IMG/VR virus record: IMGVR_UViG_3300033121_001410
Coordinates: 6,679 to 70,678 of that record
DNA length: 64,000 nt
Origin: a virus
Taxonomy: Duplodnaviria > Caudoviricetes
Direction: 5' to 3' (one strand)
The position numbers were made by a program, and so were the translations under genes. The notes below the pieces were generated by a model. The model ran no database searches, was not told where the DNA came from, and was given only the letters and a program-made list of their open reading frames with translations. Of the stretch, positions 17,961 through 28,300 are shown in pieces. How positions within the stretch are numbered: position 1 is the stretch's first letter; the number at the start of each line of letters is the position of its first letter.

Positions 17961-17980
17961 AAGTTTACAATAAACATTAT

Positions 17981-18016
17981 ACCCTTTTCTTATTAATTTT
18001 AAGAAAAGGGTTTTTT
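17981..18016 (+). terminator. 12-bp hairpin plus T run abutting next ATG
   Basis: ACCCTTTTCTTA-7 nt-TAAGAAAAGGGT-TTTTT-ATG. Confidence 0.6.
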
Positions 18017-18412
18017 ATGATTCCTATTGACAAAGCATCAGACTATTCTAATGAAAAAGTTTATGAATTAAAAGAAAGAATAGCTACATATCATACCGTA
18101 ATTCAATCATTAAACTCCATTATAGACCGTGGAGAAGAATTGATAATAAACAAAGAAAATGAGGATGACAATATTGTTCACATATTCCCGATCATAAAGA
18201 ACATGTACAACAATACAAAAAACAGTAAAATGTCATATTTTCAGATTCAAAGAATCTATGAAGAATGGCTTGATATGTTAAGCTATATAATCATTTCATC
18301 TTCAATGAAGGTTAAATCAAAAAAATATAAAAAACATCTAAAGGAAACTTTAGATGTTTGTTGTACTATCCATGAACCAATGGAAAAGTTTTTTGAAATC
18401 AAATATGAATGA
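18017..18412 (+). CDS. Hypothetical protein
   Basis: 131 aa ORF. Confidence 0.65.
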   Translation: MIPIDKASDYSNEKVYELKERIATYHTVIQSLNSIIDRGEELIINKENEDDNIVHIFPIIKNMYNNTKNSKMSYFQIQRIYEEWLDMLSYIIISSSMKVKSKKYKKHLKETLDVCCTIHEPMEKFFEIKYE

Positions 18413-18414
18413 AA

Positions 18415-18834
18415 TCAGCCTAGACCAGTGTTTGATCCAATAGAGCCTGAGAATCCATAACTTAATTGTAAAGAGCCTGTTGTCGCAGAACCTGTAAGAA
18501 CAGGATAAGTATCTCTAAGGATTCCTGTTAATCCAACCATTAGAGAGTAGTTGACTGTTGCACCTACGCCCATCAAATATAACACATTTGTTTTTATTTC
18601 TGCTGTTAATGATTGGCTTACAGGTATTTCATATCTATTAGTACCGTTTGTGCCATTAAGAGTAAATCCAACGGCCAATGGTCCGCCACCTCTATTTTGA
18701 ATATATAGTTTTGATGTAACATATGGAAAGTCAATTCTCACAGGGGCCGAAGAACCAACATTTGATGAGGTTACCCAAGGATAACCAGAAGCTTGATACT
18801 CTGCTACGTTATTTAATCCAGAACGATATGTCAT
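18415..18834 (-). CDS. Hypothetical, possibly virion structural protein
   Basis: 139 aa, G/S/T/V-rich beta-like composition; TATTTA/TAATTA upstream on its strand. Confidence 0.6.
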   Translation of the reverse strand: MTYRSGLNNVAEYQASGYPWVTSSNVGSSAPVRIDFPYVTSKLYIQNRGGGPLAVGFTLNGTNGTNRYEIPVSQSLTAEIKTNVLYLMGVGATVNYSLMVGLTGILRDTYPVLTGSATTGSLQLSYGFSGSIGSNTGLG

Positions 18835-18896
18835 ATTGTTTTATCCATGTATAATTATACTACATAAATATATAGGTAAAGCAAAAGAGGAAGAAA

Positions 18897-19412
18897 ATGA
18901 TTGAAAATGTAAATAATATTCAAGTTGACAGAATACTAAATGACGTTGGTTCCATGTTTAAAGGCGTTAAATACCATGAACTAGGAATTATATTAGCCTC
19001 AATCGAAGGTTTAGCTTTAATTCATCAACATCATCATTGGACTTCCAAATCTTCAAATTACTATGGAGACCATCTTCTTTTTGAGCGCGCCTACAATACT
19101 GTCAAAGAAGATTTCGACTCCGTTGCCGAGAGAGCAATCGGAATGTCAACAGAGTTACTTACAGAGCCTTCAAAAATACTCGCAGGAGCACACCACTTTA
19201 ACAAAATAATGAAGCAGCATGGTTCAGCTAGTGAACCCGCTGCTATTTCTTATGAAGCGGAAGAGTTTTTTATAGATTTAATTGAAGCCTGTATGGATTC
19301 ACTTGAAGAACAAGGATTATTAACCAGAGGCTTGGAACAAATGCTTGGAAACATTGCCGACAAGCACGAAGGTTTAATTTATTTGTTCAAACAAAGAATC
19401 AAACAATCTTGA
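18897..19412 (+). CDS. Dps/ferritin-like protein
   Basis: HQHHHW...YGDHLLFE..Y....DFDSVAER...ADKHE ferroxidase-like pattern; GAGGA SD. Confidence 0.75.
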   Translation: MIENVNNIQVDRILNDVGSMFKGVKYHELGIILASIEGLALIHQHHHWTSKSSNYYGDHLLFERAYNTVKEDFDSVAERAIGMSTELLTEPSKILAGAHHFNKIMKQHGSASEPAAISYEAEEFFIDLIEACMDSLEEQGLLTRGLEQMLGNIADKHEGLIYLFKQRIKQS

Positions 19413-19746
19413 GACAGTCTCCAAGAAACCATCCAATTCCTTGATAGTGATCAAGTTGAATTGGATAGAGATGAATTAAATCTATACCAAGGGCTGGTGG
19501 AACATCTTTATATTCAATAAATTGACCACGTTGTCCTCGTAACGATGCATCTTTAATAACACCAGTAGAGCCTGACTTTACTCCACCAACACGTTCAAAC
19601 ACAACACCGCCAGATGAATCTGTTAAAACATTTCCTGCTGCGTCAAGCTTTGGTCTATACACAATAATCATTTCTTGACCACTATGTTGTTCAAATAAGC
19701 TGCTTCCGTTGATTGGTTTTACCATTACTCTATCATTTATTGCCAT
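19399..19746 (-). CDS. Hypothetical protein downstream of groEL
   Basis: ATG 19746 after GAGGAG, overlaps groEL stop; starts MAINDRVMVKP. Confidence 0.7.
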   Translation of the reverse strand: MAINDRVMVKPINGSSLFEQHSGQEMIIVYRPKLDAAGNVLTDSSGGVVFERVGGVKSGSTGVIKDASLRGQRGQFIEYKDVPPALGIDLIHLYPIQLDHYQGIGWFLGDCLKIV

Positions 19747-22462
19747 CTTTATTCTCCTCATTAATAATAACACAATTGCAAGTTAACATAAGACCAACAA
19801 CCGAAACAGCGTGTTCAAGAGCCAATCTTGTTACTTTAACTGGATCAATAACGCCAGTTTCAATTAAGTTTTCATATTCATGCTTATAAGAATTATACCC
19901 AGTTATATTTCTTAAAAATGATACTTGTTTGAATGGATTGTTCCAGTGAAACTTATTTCCTTTGATATCGAAAAGTTCTTGTTCGTTAAATGTTTTATTG
20001 AACAATACTATATTGTTTGTAATTAAATGATCAATTACAACATCTGGTGATCTGCCAGTATTTCGAATAATTGTTTTTAGTGGTTCTGCACAAGTGTTCA
20101 TTATAACTTCAACACCAGCCAATTCATCTTGTGTTAAGTCTTTAAACTTGTTTGTTTTTATTAAATTGTCAAGATATCTTGAGGCATAAAACAATGCTGT
20201 TCCTCCACCCGGAACAATTCCTTCTTGAATTGCAGCCATGGTTGCATTTAAAGCATCATCTACACGATCTTTCTTTTCTAAAATCTCAACTTCTGTGCTT
20301 CCGCCAACTTTAATAATTGCTACGCCGCCACTGAGTTTTGCAAGTCTTTCTCTGTATTTGGCGACTCGCATGTCATCAAGAGTCTTATCGTTTTCCAAAA
20401 CGGTTCTTAAATTATTAACTCTTTCTTCAACCAACTTTGCTCTATCAGGATTTTTAGAAGCAATAATTGTTGTATTACCTCTAGAAACAATTACTTTTTT
20501 ACAAGTACCAAGATGTTCTAATTTGACATTCTTTAGAGAAACCTCTGATGAGGTTCCAATAACTTCTCCACCTATAATTGTGCATATGTCTTGCATAATA
20601 TCTACTCTGTGTTCACCAATGCTTGGTGCTTTTATTACACAGATTTTTAAAATGCCTTTTGATTTATTTACAATGCAAGTTTGAAGTGGTTCTGAATCCA
20701 TATCATCACAAATAATCAAAAGCGACGATTGCTTTTTTTGTATTGTTTCAAGAATAGGTAAAATATCTTGAATTGATGATATTCTTTGTGTTGTCATTAA
20801 AACATATGGATTTTCATATTCACATGTTAGTTTTTCTGCATTTGTAATGAAATATGGAGCAAGGTAGCCACTATTAATTTGCATGCCTTCCGTGACTTCT
20901 AGCGTTGTTTTAACACTCTTTGTCGCTTCGACAGCAATAATTCCATCCTTTCCAACGGCTTTAATGGCACTATTAAGAAGAGTTCCGATTTCTCTATCGC
21001 CATTAGCAGAAATGGTTCCAACATTGATTATGTCTTCTTCTTTTTCAACAGCCATGCAACCTTGTTTTAAAAATGATAATGCTACATCTTTTGCCAACTC
21101 CATTCCGTTTTTCATTTGAACGGCTGAGCGGCCTGTAGAAATCATTTTAATTCCTTGGTTTAAAAGCTCATATCCTAAAACTGTAGCCGTGGTTGTATTG
21201 TGTGTAACAATGTGATTATCTGTTATGTATAAATTATCATTATTACTTACTTTAATACATTGCATTTCTGTTTGTTTGTTGGTTAACTTTATATCTTTAA
21301 TCTTGATTCCGTGTTTATATCCTTTTAATTGATATGTTCTATAAATTGACTTAGAACCATAAGCACTATCGGTTTTTCTATCAAGTTTATAAGAATAAAC
21401 TTGAATACCAAGACTTCTACACAATTCGACGAAATCTAAATGAAGTTGCTGGCTTACTGTCCCGTGCTCAAACAAACCTCTTTTATTTATATGTCCATCT
21501 GTATCAATCAATCCATTTAGTAGATTTATTCTATCTTCTACGGAAGAGTACAAATAATTTTTTGGTATAAACTTTGTATCACTTTTTGTTCCAAGTAATC
21601 CAAGTTCCGATAAATCTTTTTTAATCGTTGATTCTATAGCTCTTACTTTTCTTATAATTCTTGTTTTAATATAATTTTTATTATAAACATATGATTTTGA
21701 AATTGCACAATCTTTTGGCAAATTAAGTTTGTTTAAAACATATTCATCGTTAAGACCAAGTGAAATCTCTATATTGTTTCTTTTTTTATTCGTTAGACTG
21801 CCGTCTCCCAATAAAACACCGAGTAAATAAGGGTCAATTGGTAATTCTTTTTTGTTATATTCAACACTTGTTAATGGCAAATAATATTTGTATCTAATGT
21901 TTCCATTTTTGTCTTTGACAAAAGGTTTATTTATTAACATTTCTTTTGTAGTAACAATTTTCTTTTTACCATAACTTGTTGTTATTTCCCACAAATGATC
22001 TTCACAACATTCTACTGTTCTGTTGTCTGATGTAGTTATTTCAATAATATTTTTTATTCCTTTTGGAAATATTCCAATAACCTTTTGCACAGTATTATTT
22101 GTACCACATATTTCGTCACCAATTTTTAATTGACCCATTGTGGTCCAACCATTTGGTGTTAAAACTTTTGAGTACAGTGGCTGCGGTCCATCGCCAGCTA
22201 ATTCGTTGGTTTTTGATGCAATTTCTTTTAACAATTCTGCTCCAACTGATGGGAGTTTGTTTTTCAAATTAATTGATCTTGCTACCGTAACGCCATCTTT
22301 TGTGATTAATGGCGCAGCTTTTTCATTGTCTATAATAACATTTTGTCCGCTTGGACCCATTGTTGAACGAACGGCATCTGAAAGAATCTTGGCTCCTTCA
22401 AGCATTTTCTTTTGTGCCTCCGTACCAAAATGAACTTCTTGATATGTATATTGTTCTGTCAT
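19733..22462 (-). CDS. groL: Chaperonin GroEL with intein
   Basis: TMGPSGQNV, ITKDGVTVA, AGDG/TTTATV, GGVAIIKVG, GIVPGGG, GVIDP.KVTR; spliced length 579 aa. Confidence 0.97.
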   Translation of the reverse strand: MTEQYTYQEVHFGTEAQKKMLEGAKILSDAVRSTMGPSGQNVIIDNEKAAPLITKDGVTVARSINLKNKLPSVGAELLKEIASKTNELAGDGPQPLYSKVLTPNGWTTMGQLKIGDEICGTNNTVQKVIGIFPKGIKNIIEITTSDNRTVECCEDHLWEITTSYGKKKIVTTKEMLINKPFVKDKNGNIRYKYYLPLTSVEYNKKELPIDPYLLGVLLGDGSLTNKKRNNIEISLGLNDEYVLNKLNLPKDCAISKSYVYNKNYIKTRIIRKVRAIESTIKKDLSELGLLGTKSDTKFIPKNYLYSSVEDRINLLNGLIDTDGHINKRGLFEHGTVSQQLHLDFVELCRSLGIQVYSYKLDRKTDSAYGSKSIYRTYQLKGYKHGIKIKDIKLTNKQTEMQCIKVSNNDNLYITDNHIVTHNTTTATVLGYELLNQGIKMISTGRSAVQMKNGMELAKDVALSFLKQGCMAVEKEEDIINVGTISANGDREIGTLLNSAIKAVGKDGIIAVEATKSVKTTLEVTEGMQINSGYLAPYFITNAEKLTCEYENPYVLMTTQRISSIQDILPILETIQKKQSSLLIICDDMDSEPLQTCIVNKSKGILKICVIKAPSIGEHRVDIMQDICTIIGGEVIGTSSEVSLKNVKLEHLGTCKKVIVSRGNTTIIASKNPDRAKLVEERVNNLRTVLENDKTLDDMRVAKYRERLAKLSGGVAIIKVGGSTEVEILEKKDRVDDALNATMAAIQEGIVPGGGTALFYASRYLDNLIKTNKFKDLTQDELAGVEVIMNTCAEPLKTIIRNTGRSPDVVIDHLITNNIVLFNKTFNEQELFDIKGNKFHWNNPFKQVSFLRNITGYNSYKHEYENLIETGVIDPVKVTRLALEHAVSVVGLMLTCNCVIINEENKDGNK
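21197..22186 (-). mobile_element. Class-3 intein (330 aa, LAGLIDADG) in GroEL
   Basis: Starts PQPLYSKVLTP; EDHLW (block B Trp), MQCIKV (block F Cys), VTHN/T (block G Thr); LLGVLLGDG and LNGLIDTDG. Confidence 0.92.
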
Positions 22463-22463
22463 A

Positions 22464-22928
22464 TTAACTATCCATTATTTCATCATCTGTTGCAGTGACC
22501 ATTTGCCTAAGTCTGTCTTTTAATGTAGATTCCTTATTAACAGGTTCAGGGCTTGTCTCAAAATAATCTTCTAAAGAATCGTTTTGTTTAGATGGTTTTT
22601 GAACAACTGATTCTGTACCAGTTTTTCCATACCAATCTTTTGTTTTTGCATTTGTTGTCTGTATTAATTCTTCAATGAAATTGTTAAAATTGCCACGAAG
22701 CATATTTGCTAATTCATCCAAAGAAAGATATATATCTTGTTTAAAATCTGACGTATCAACTATCTTGTTATTTTTTTCAGAACCAAATCTGATTTTCCAA
22801 GATGTTGAGCATCCGTTTAAAGATTCAACAACTACTTTTTCAATAACAATCCCAGGAATAACAGTATTGTTTTTTTCAGATAAAACATATACTATTTTGC
22901 CTATTTGAAAATCTCTTTTGCTGCTCAT
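22464..22928 (-). CDS. Hypothetical protein
   Basis: 154 aa, 1 nt from groEL start. Confidence 0.7.
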   Translation of the reverse strand: MSSKRDFQIGKIVYVLSEKNNTVIPGIVIEKVVVESLNGCSTSWKIRFGSEKNNKIVDTSDFKQDIYLSLDELANMLRGNFNNFIEELIQTTNAKTKDWYGKTGTESVVQKPSKQNDSLEDYFETSPEPVNKESTLKDRLRQMVTATDDEIMDS

Positions 22929-23119
22929 TGTTGTCTATTGTTTAATTTGTTAATGAACTCTTCTGTTAAAACCAATATTGTTTCTCCAGTAGATTTTCTG
23001 TCATATGGAGTAACATCAATGTTTTCAATCATTTTACGCAACTTTGATTCATCTTGATATCCACTATATGTTTTTACCATATACATTATTTTTTCAACTA
23101 CGCTTGCATGTAATTTCAT
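22925..23119 (-). CDS. Hypothetical protein
   Basis: 64 aa, ATGA overlap with next gene. Confidence 0.6.
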   Translation of the reverse strand: MKLHASVVEKIMYMVKTYSGYQDESKLRKMIENIDVTPYDRKSTGETILVLTEEFINKLNNRQQ

Positions 23120-23128
23120 TTTAAAACC

Positions 23129-23512
23129 TCATTTACCCTTACTTTTCTCTTTAAGAGATTCAATGTTTTTGTTAACTTTGTCTAAGATTTGTTTTCCTTT
23201 TTCTTGAGCCTTTTTCAATGGCTCCATGCCAATTGCTACTCGAACAGCATCATTTAACTCTGGAGGTAATTTTTCTTTTAAAAGTTCCAAGTCAACATAT
23301 TTGTGTGGTATTTGGTCAACAATTGAAACTGACTCGCCCTTTGGACCAGGTTCAGTTTCTCCAGTGTGTTTATATTCAAAAATAAATAATACAGGAGGCA
23401 TTTTTTTATTCTCCTGTATTTCAATGTATGGGATTTGTGAAACTGGATTTCCTTGATCGTCTACATCATATAATATTTGCGGAACTTCATATTTTTCATT
23501 TTCTCTTGCCAT
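23129..23512 (-). CDS. Hypothetical protein
   Basis: 127 aa, GGAG SD. Confidence 0.7.
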   Translation of the reverse strand: MARENEKYEVPQILYDVDDQGNPVSQIPYIEIQENKKMPPVLFIFEYKHTGETEPGPKGESVSIVDQIPHKYVDLELLKEKLPPELNDAVRVAIGMEPLKKAQEKGKQILDKVNKNIESLKEKSKGK

Positions 23513-23604
23513 TTTAACTCCATAAGAATCTTTTCTAGATTAAAGACTCTTATAGAAATGTTTTAATTTTTTGATTAAATGTCTAATATGTAAAAGAAAA
23601 TATT

Positions 23605-23865
23605 TCACTCATCATTTTCAAGAATTGAACAATAACTCTCAAATGCATCTTTGTGCGAAACTTTTTTCATGATTTTATGAACTCTTAAAGCGGCTTTTAA
23701 TTCTTTAATGTCAATTTTGTCTTCATATTCTTCAAAAAGTTCTTTTCTTTGCTCGTTCAACAATTCAATTTCGTGCTCTAAAGATTCCAATTTTTCAATA
23801 AAATCTCTTACAATTGGCTTTAGTTCTGTTAATGATGATGGATGAATGTCAACGTCTTTACTCAT
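23605..23865 (-). CDS. GapR/DUF2312-like (T4 DsbA-like) small DNA-binding protein
   Basis: IVRDFIEKLESLEHEIELLNEQRKELFEEY..IDIKELKAALR helical pattern; AGGAG SD. Confidence 0.55.
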   Translation of the reverse strand: MSKDVDIHPSSLTELKPIVRDFIEKLESLEHEIELLNEQRKELFEEYEDKIDIKELKAALRVHKIMKKVSHKDAFESYCSILENDE

Positions 23866-23928
23866 ATTATAACTCCTGTTAGTATATGAGGCATTAGACC
23901 ACGCTTTCGATAATCTTTAAACCTTAAA

Positions 23929-24903
23929 TTATTTGGTTGAATTAATTATATAATTCACCATTGTCTTGGTTCCTGGATTTTGAGCAGCAATTTGCTCAAG
24001 TTGTTTATGGTAAAAATCTTTATTTGTTTTCTTGATTTGTTCCAATGCAGATTTTTCGGCAGTATTATACGCAGCATCGTATTCTTGCTTATTGGCTTTA
24101 AGTTTTTGATCTTTGTCTAAAGAGGTTTTAATTTCATTTTTAATTTTGTCAATAGAGTCTCCAAAAACTTGTTTTAATTTTTGGTCATCTAGTGAGTTTA
24201 CATTATCCAATTCTTTTATTTGGTTAATCCACATAGATGCACCAATGTTTTTTACATCTTTAATGAATTGATTTCCTGATAATTTTTGCATTATTACTGG
24301 ATTGCTTAAAATGCTTGTTGTGGCATCTTCATTTATTATTGATTCATAAAGACCATAGTCTCCATAATCGCCATAAGAATCATATCCGCCACCGCCACCA
24401 CTATGCCATCCGGCATTTGGATCTGTTGGGCGTGGTAAAGCTTGAGTGGCCGCTGAATACTGATTTGCTAGACTGACTATTGAAGGATCTCCACCTGTTA
24501 ATACTTCTAAAGCAGAAAGCCCGACAGACGGTGCGGCCATTAATAATTTTTGACCAAGCATTATCTCAGGCTGCAAGAAAAACAAAAATCCCCACATGTC
24601 TCGATTTTTCATGGCATCCATTACCTGTTTATAAACGGATCCATATCTTTTTTCTATTTCAGCCAATTTTCTTTCTTGGTCTTTCATAAACTGATCATAA
24701 TGGAACTTCATTCTTGGAACGATTAAAGTTGGGATTTGATAAAGAATGCCTTTAACAAGGTTGGCGGTTGAAGCGACAATGTGAGTTCCGGTGGCTTTTG
24801 CTGTTTGAACTATTGTTTTTAATGGATTGAAAACAATATCTGCAACTGTTTCCTCAACTAAAAGATCAATATAATTTTCTATATTTTTATTCTTTTGTGC
24901 CAT
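23929..24903 (-). CDS. Hypothetical, possibly internal head protein
   Basis: 324 aa; ENYIDLLVEE leader, Gly-rich linker, LYES/IINE motifs. Confidence 0.65.
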   Translation of the reverse strand: MAQKNKNIENYIDLLVEETVADIVFNPLKTIVQTAKATGTHIVASTANLVKGILYQIPTLIVPRMKFHYDQFMKDQERKLAEIEKRYGSVYKQVMDAMKNRDMWGFLFFLQPEIMLGQKLLMAAPSVGLSALEVLTGGDPSIVSLANQYSAATQALPRPTDPNAGWHSGGGGGYDSYGDYGDYGLYESIINEDATTSILSNPVIMQKLSGNQFIKDVKNIGASMWINQIKELDNVNSLDDQKLKQVFGDSIDKIKNEIKTSLDKDQKLKANKQEYDAAYNTAEKSALEQIKKTNKDFYHKQLEQIAAQNPGTKTMVNYIINSTK

Positions 24904-25231
24904 TTTTTCTTTCTGTTCTTTCTTTGTTGTATTTCATCAATCCCCAATAACGAGGTGGCCGTTCGTCTTCTGGCTTGTGTAGTTTATTTTCATCTATAAA
25001 TAATTTTGTGTTCAATTTAGTTTCTAAATAATTAATAATTGTTTTGTCAAAATCGTTTATAAAAAACTTTTTGCTGGTTTTGTGCCTTCTTGAAAAGAGA
25101 TTTCTATATTGTATTGGAAAACAATTAATTAGTTCTTTTTTAATTCTAAACCAATCATTTGACGTGTTGCCAACATAAGAGGCAACATAATCTATTTTTT
25201 CAATTAATATTTCTGGTATTTCTTGATTCAT
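24887..25231 (-). CDS. Hypothetical protein
   Basis: 114 aa ORF. Confidence 0.6.
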   Translation of the reverse strand: MNQEIPEILIEKIDYVASYVGNTSNDWFRIKKELINCFPIQYRNLFSRRHKTSKKFFINDFDKTIINYLETKLNTKLFIDENKLHKPEDERPPRYWGLMKYNKERTERKNGTKE

Positions 25232-25360
25232 TGATGTTAATAATTATAAATGAAATTATTGAATGAGATTAAAATATAATATAATAATTAAAAATGTTAA
25301 TTCATTTAGAAAATAAAATTATTATATTATAATAATAAACAGAAATGTAAGGTATTTTGA

Positions 25361-28300
25361 ATGGCAGAAAAAAATCAACAAGATGTATTCTATAAAAGAC
25401 TGACTAGTTTATTCAGGTCTGGACCAGCAATACAAAGAAAAATTAAAGGGCAAGATTACAAAAATTACTATGATAAGTCTTTGTTGCAAAATAATCTTGG
25501 ATACCGTTCAATGTCACCATTTGGCAAAGAATCATCCCCTTTTAGCGTATTAGGCGCATATGGTATTTTAGATAGAATATCAAGATATTCAGAGTTTTGT
25601 TTTCATCCTGAGACTCTTGTTTATACTACTGATGGGGCTTTTACTATAGCTGAGTTATCAGAAAAATATAAAAATGGAGAAATCTTTCATGTTTATTGTT
25701 ATAATCATACAACAAAAAAAATTGATATCTCCACGGCACATCATCCAAGGATTACAAAAGATGGGGAAAATCAAAAATTAATAAAAATAACTTTTGATGA
25801 TGGTGGTCATGTTATTACAACCTTAGACCATAAGTTTTTATTGAGAGATGGTTCATATATCGAAGCAAAAGACCTAGAGGTAAATACAAGCCTCATGCCA
25901 TTTTATATGAGAAAATATACTGGCGATTATCATCAAATATATGAGATAAATAAAACAAATAATAGCTATGGCTGGAAACCAGAGCATGTTATGGTTGCGG
26001 AATATTTTGCTAAACGAAATCTAAATGATGATGAAGTTGTTCATCATATAGATTTCAATCCAGAAAATAACTCAATCACTAATTTGAAAATTATGAATGT
26101 TTATGAGCATAAAAAATATCATGCTCAACTAAACAATAAAAACAAGTTAAATAAACAAAACAAAAATATTTCAAATTATATGAAAAATAACAATCCTGTT
26201 AAAAGAAATGATATAACTTTGGCAAATATTTTTGATACCGCTGTGTCTGTTAATTTTTCATTGAATAAAACAATGAATATATTAAAAGCGGACGCAAATG
26301 TCATCAAAAGACGCTTAAGAGAAGTTGGGTATGAAAACTGGATTAATTTTAGAGAAGACAAAGAATCATTGCAAAAAATTAGAATTGCTTCTAAAATAGT
26401 ACATGAAATGAGAGATATTAATATCGATGATATTCTTAATGAGGCAAAAGTATCAAAAACAATTTATGAAGCTGCATCGAAATTAAATGTAACAGAAAAC
26501 AATATAAGAAGAAAGTTAAAAAGATTTGGATATGGAACTTGGAGTGAGTTAAAAAACAATAAAAAGATTTATAATTCCAATTCAAGTAAACATACCTATG
26601 ATGAAACATTGACATATCAAAAAATATGTGATGCTTTTACCAATGGAATGACAATTAAACAGCTTTCTCAAAAGTTAAACACTACTCCAAATAAAATAAA
26701 AACAAGATTGTCAAACGAAGGACATGAATCTTTTGTTGAATGGAGCAACAATTATCTTAATCATAAGGTTTTAGGCGTAGAATTATTAAAAGAAGAATCT
26801 ATTGTTTATAACATAACAGTAGATGGTGCCCACAATCTTGCAGTTGGTTCTTTAAATCCAAATAATGATAAAAATAAAGATAGACCATATAGCATGGTAA
26901 TTTGCCGCCAAAGTGAAATGGAATATGTCCCTGAAATCGCAACGGCATTAAACATTTATGCTGATGAAACCTGTGCCTCTGACGAAAAAGGACGCGCATT
27001 TCACGTATTTTCGGAAAATCAAGATGTCAGAAGAGAATTAGAAGATTTGTTTTATGATGTTTTAAACGTTGAGTTCAACTTACGTGCATGGACAAGAAAT
27101 CTTGTCAAATATGGAGATTTCTTCTTATTTAACGAAGTATTACCTGAACATGGCGTTGTTCATGCAAGTCCAATTCCAGTCAACGAAGTTGAAAGAGAAG
27201 AAGGTTGGGACAAGGAAGATCCTTATTCTATAAGATTTAGATGGCTTACAAGAGGAAATAAAATACTTGAAAACTGGCAAGTAACTCATTTTAGAATATT
27301 GGGAAATGATTTGTTTTTGCCATATGGTTCATCTGTATTAGAGCCGGCAAGAAGAATCTTCAGACAGTTAATAATGATTGAAGATGCCATGTTAACTTAT
27401 AGAATTGTACGTTCCCCAGAACGTAGAGTATTTTATATTGACGTAGGCAACATCGCACCAAATGACATTGGATCATACATGGAAGCGGCAAAAGCTTCTT
27501 TGCGTTCTAATTCACAAATTGATAGAATGAACGGACGTCAAGATTTAAGATATAATCCAGTAGCTATTGATGAAGATTATTTCATTCCAGTAAGAGGAGA
27601 TGCAAAATCAACAAGAATTGAATCTTTGGCTGGTGGTCAACACGTTTCTGCTACTGAAGACGTAGAATATATACAAAAGAAATTATTTTCCGCGCTACAA
27701 ATACCAAGAGCGTATTTGGGATATGACGAAAGCGTAGGAAGTAAAAGCACGCTTGCTCAAGAAGATGTTCGATTCTCTAGAACAATTAATATTTTACAAA
27801 AAATTATTATTGCTGAATTGAATAAATTAGCAATGATTCATTTGTATGCGAAAGGATTTGACGGAGAAGATTTGATCAATTTTGAATTATTCTTGTCTAA
27901 TCCTTCTTCTGTGGCAGTTCAACAAAAACTAGCATTATGGAATGATCGTTTTGCAATTGCTGGAAAGGCGCTTGAAACAGGAATTGTTGAACAAGAATGG
28001 GTACAAAAAGAAATATTAGGATTTACAACAGAAGAAGTAAACAGGTCAAAAGTCAAAAGAAAAGAAGACAAGTTGTACATGTCTGAATTGGAATCAATTG
28101 CCGTTCAAGCTCAAAAGCCACGAGAATCTACAACTGACGTATTTGATACAACCAATTACAATGTTCCTGGTTCTACTGTTGCAAAAGCTCCTTCTAGTAA
28201 TGCAAATACGCAAGATTTATCTGATCAAGAAATTATTGGAGCAATAAGAAAGTTTGATTATGAAGGAAACATAATCAAATCAGAAACACCACCAGGTGTT

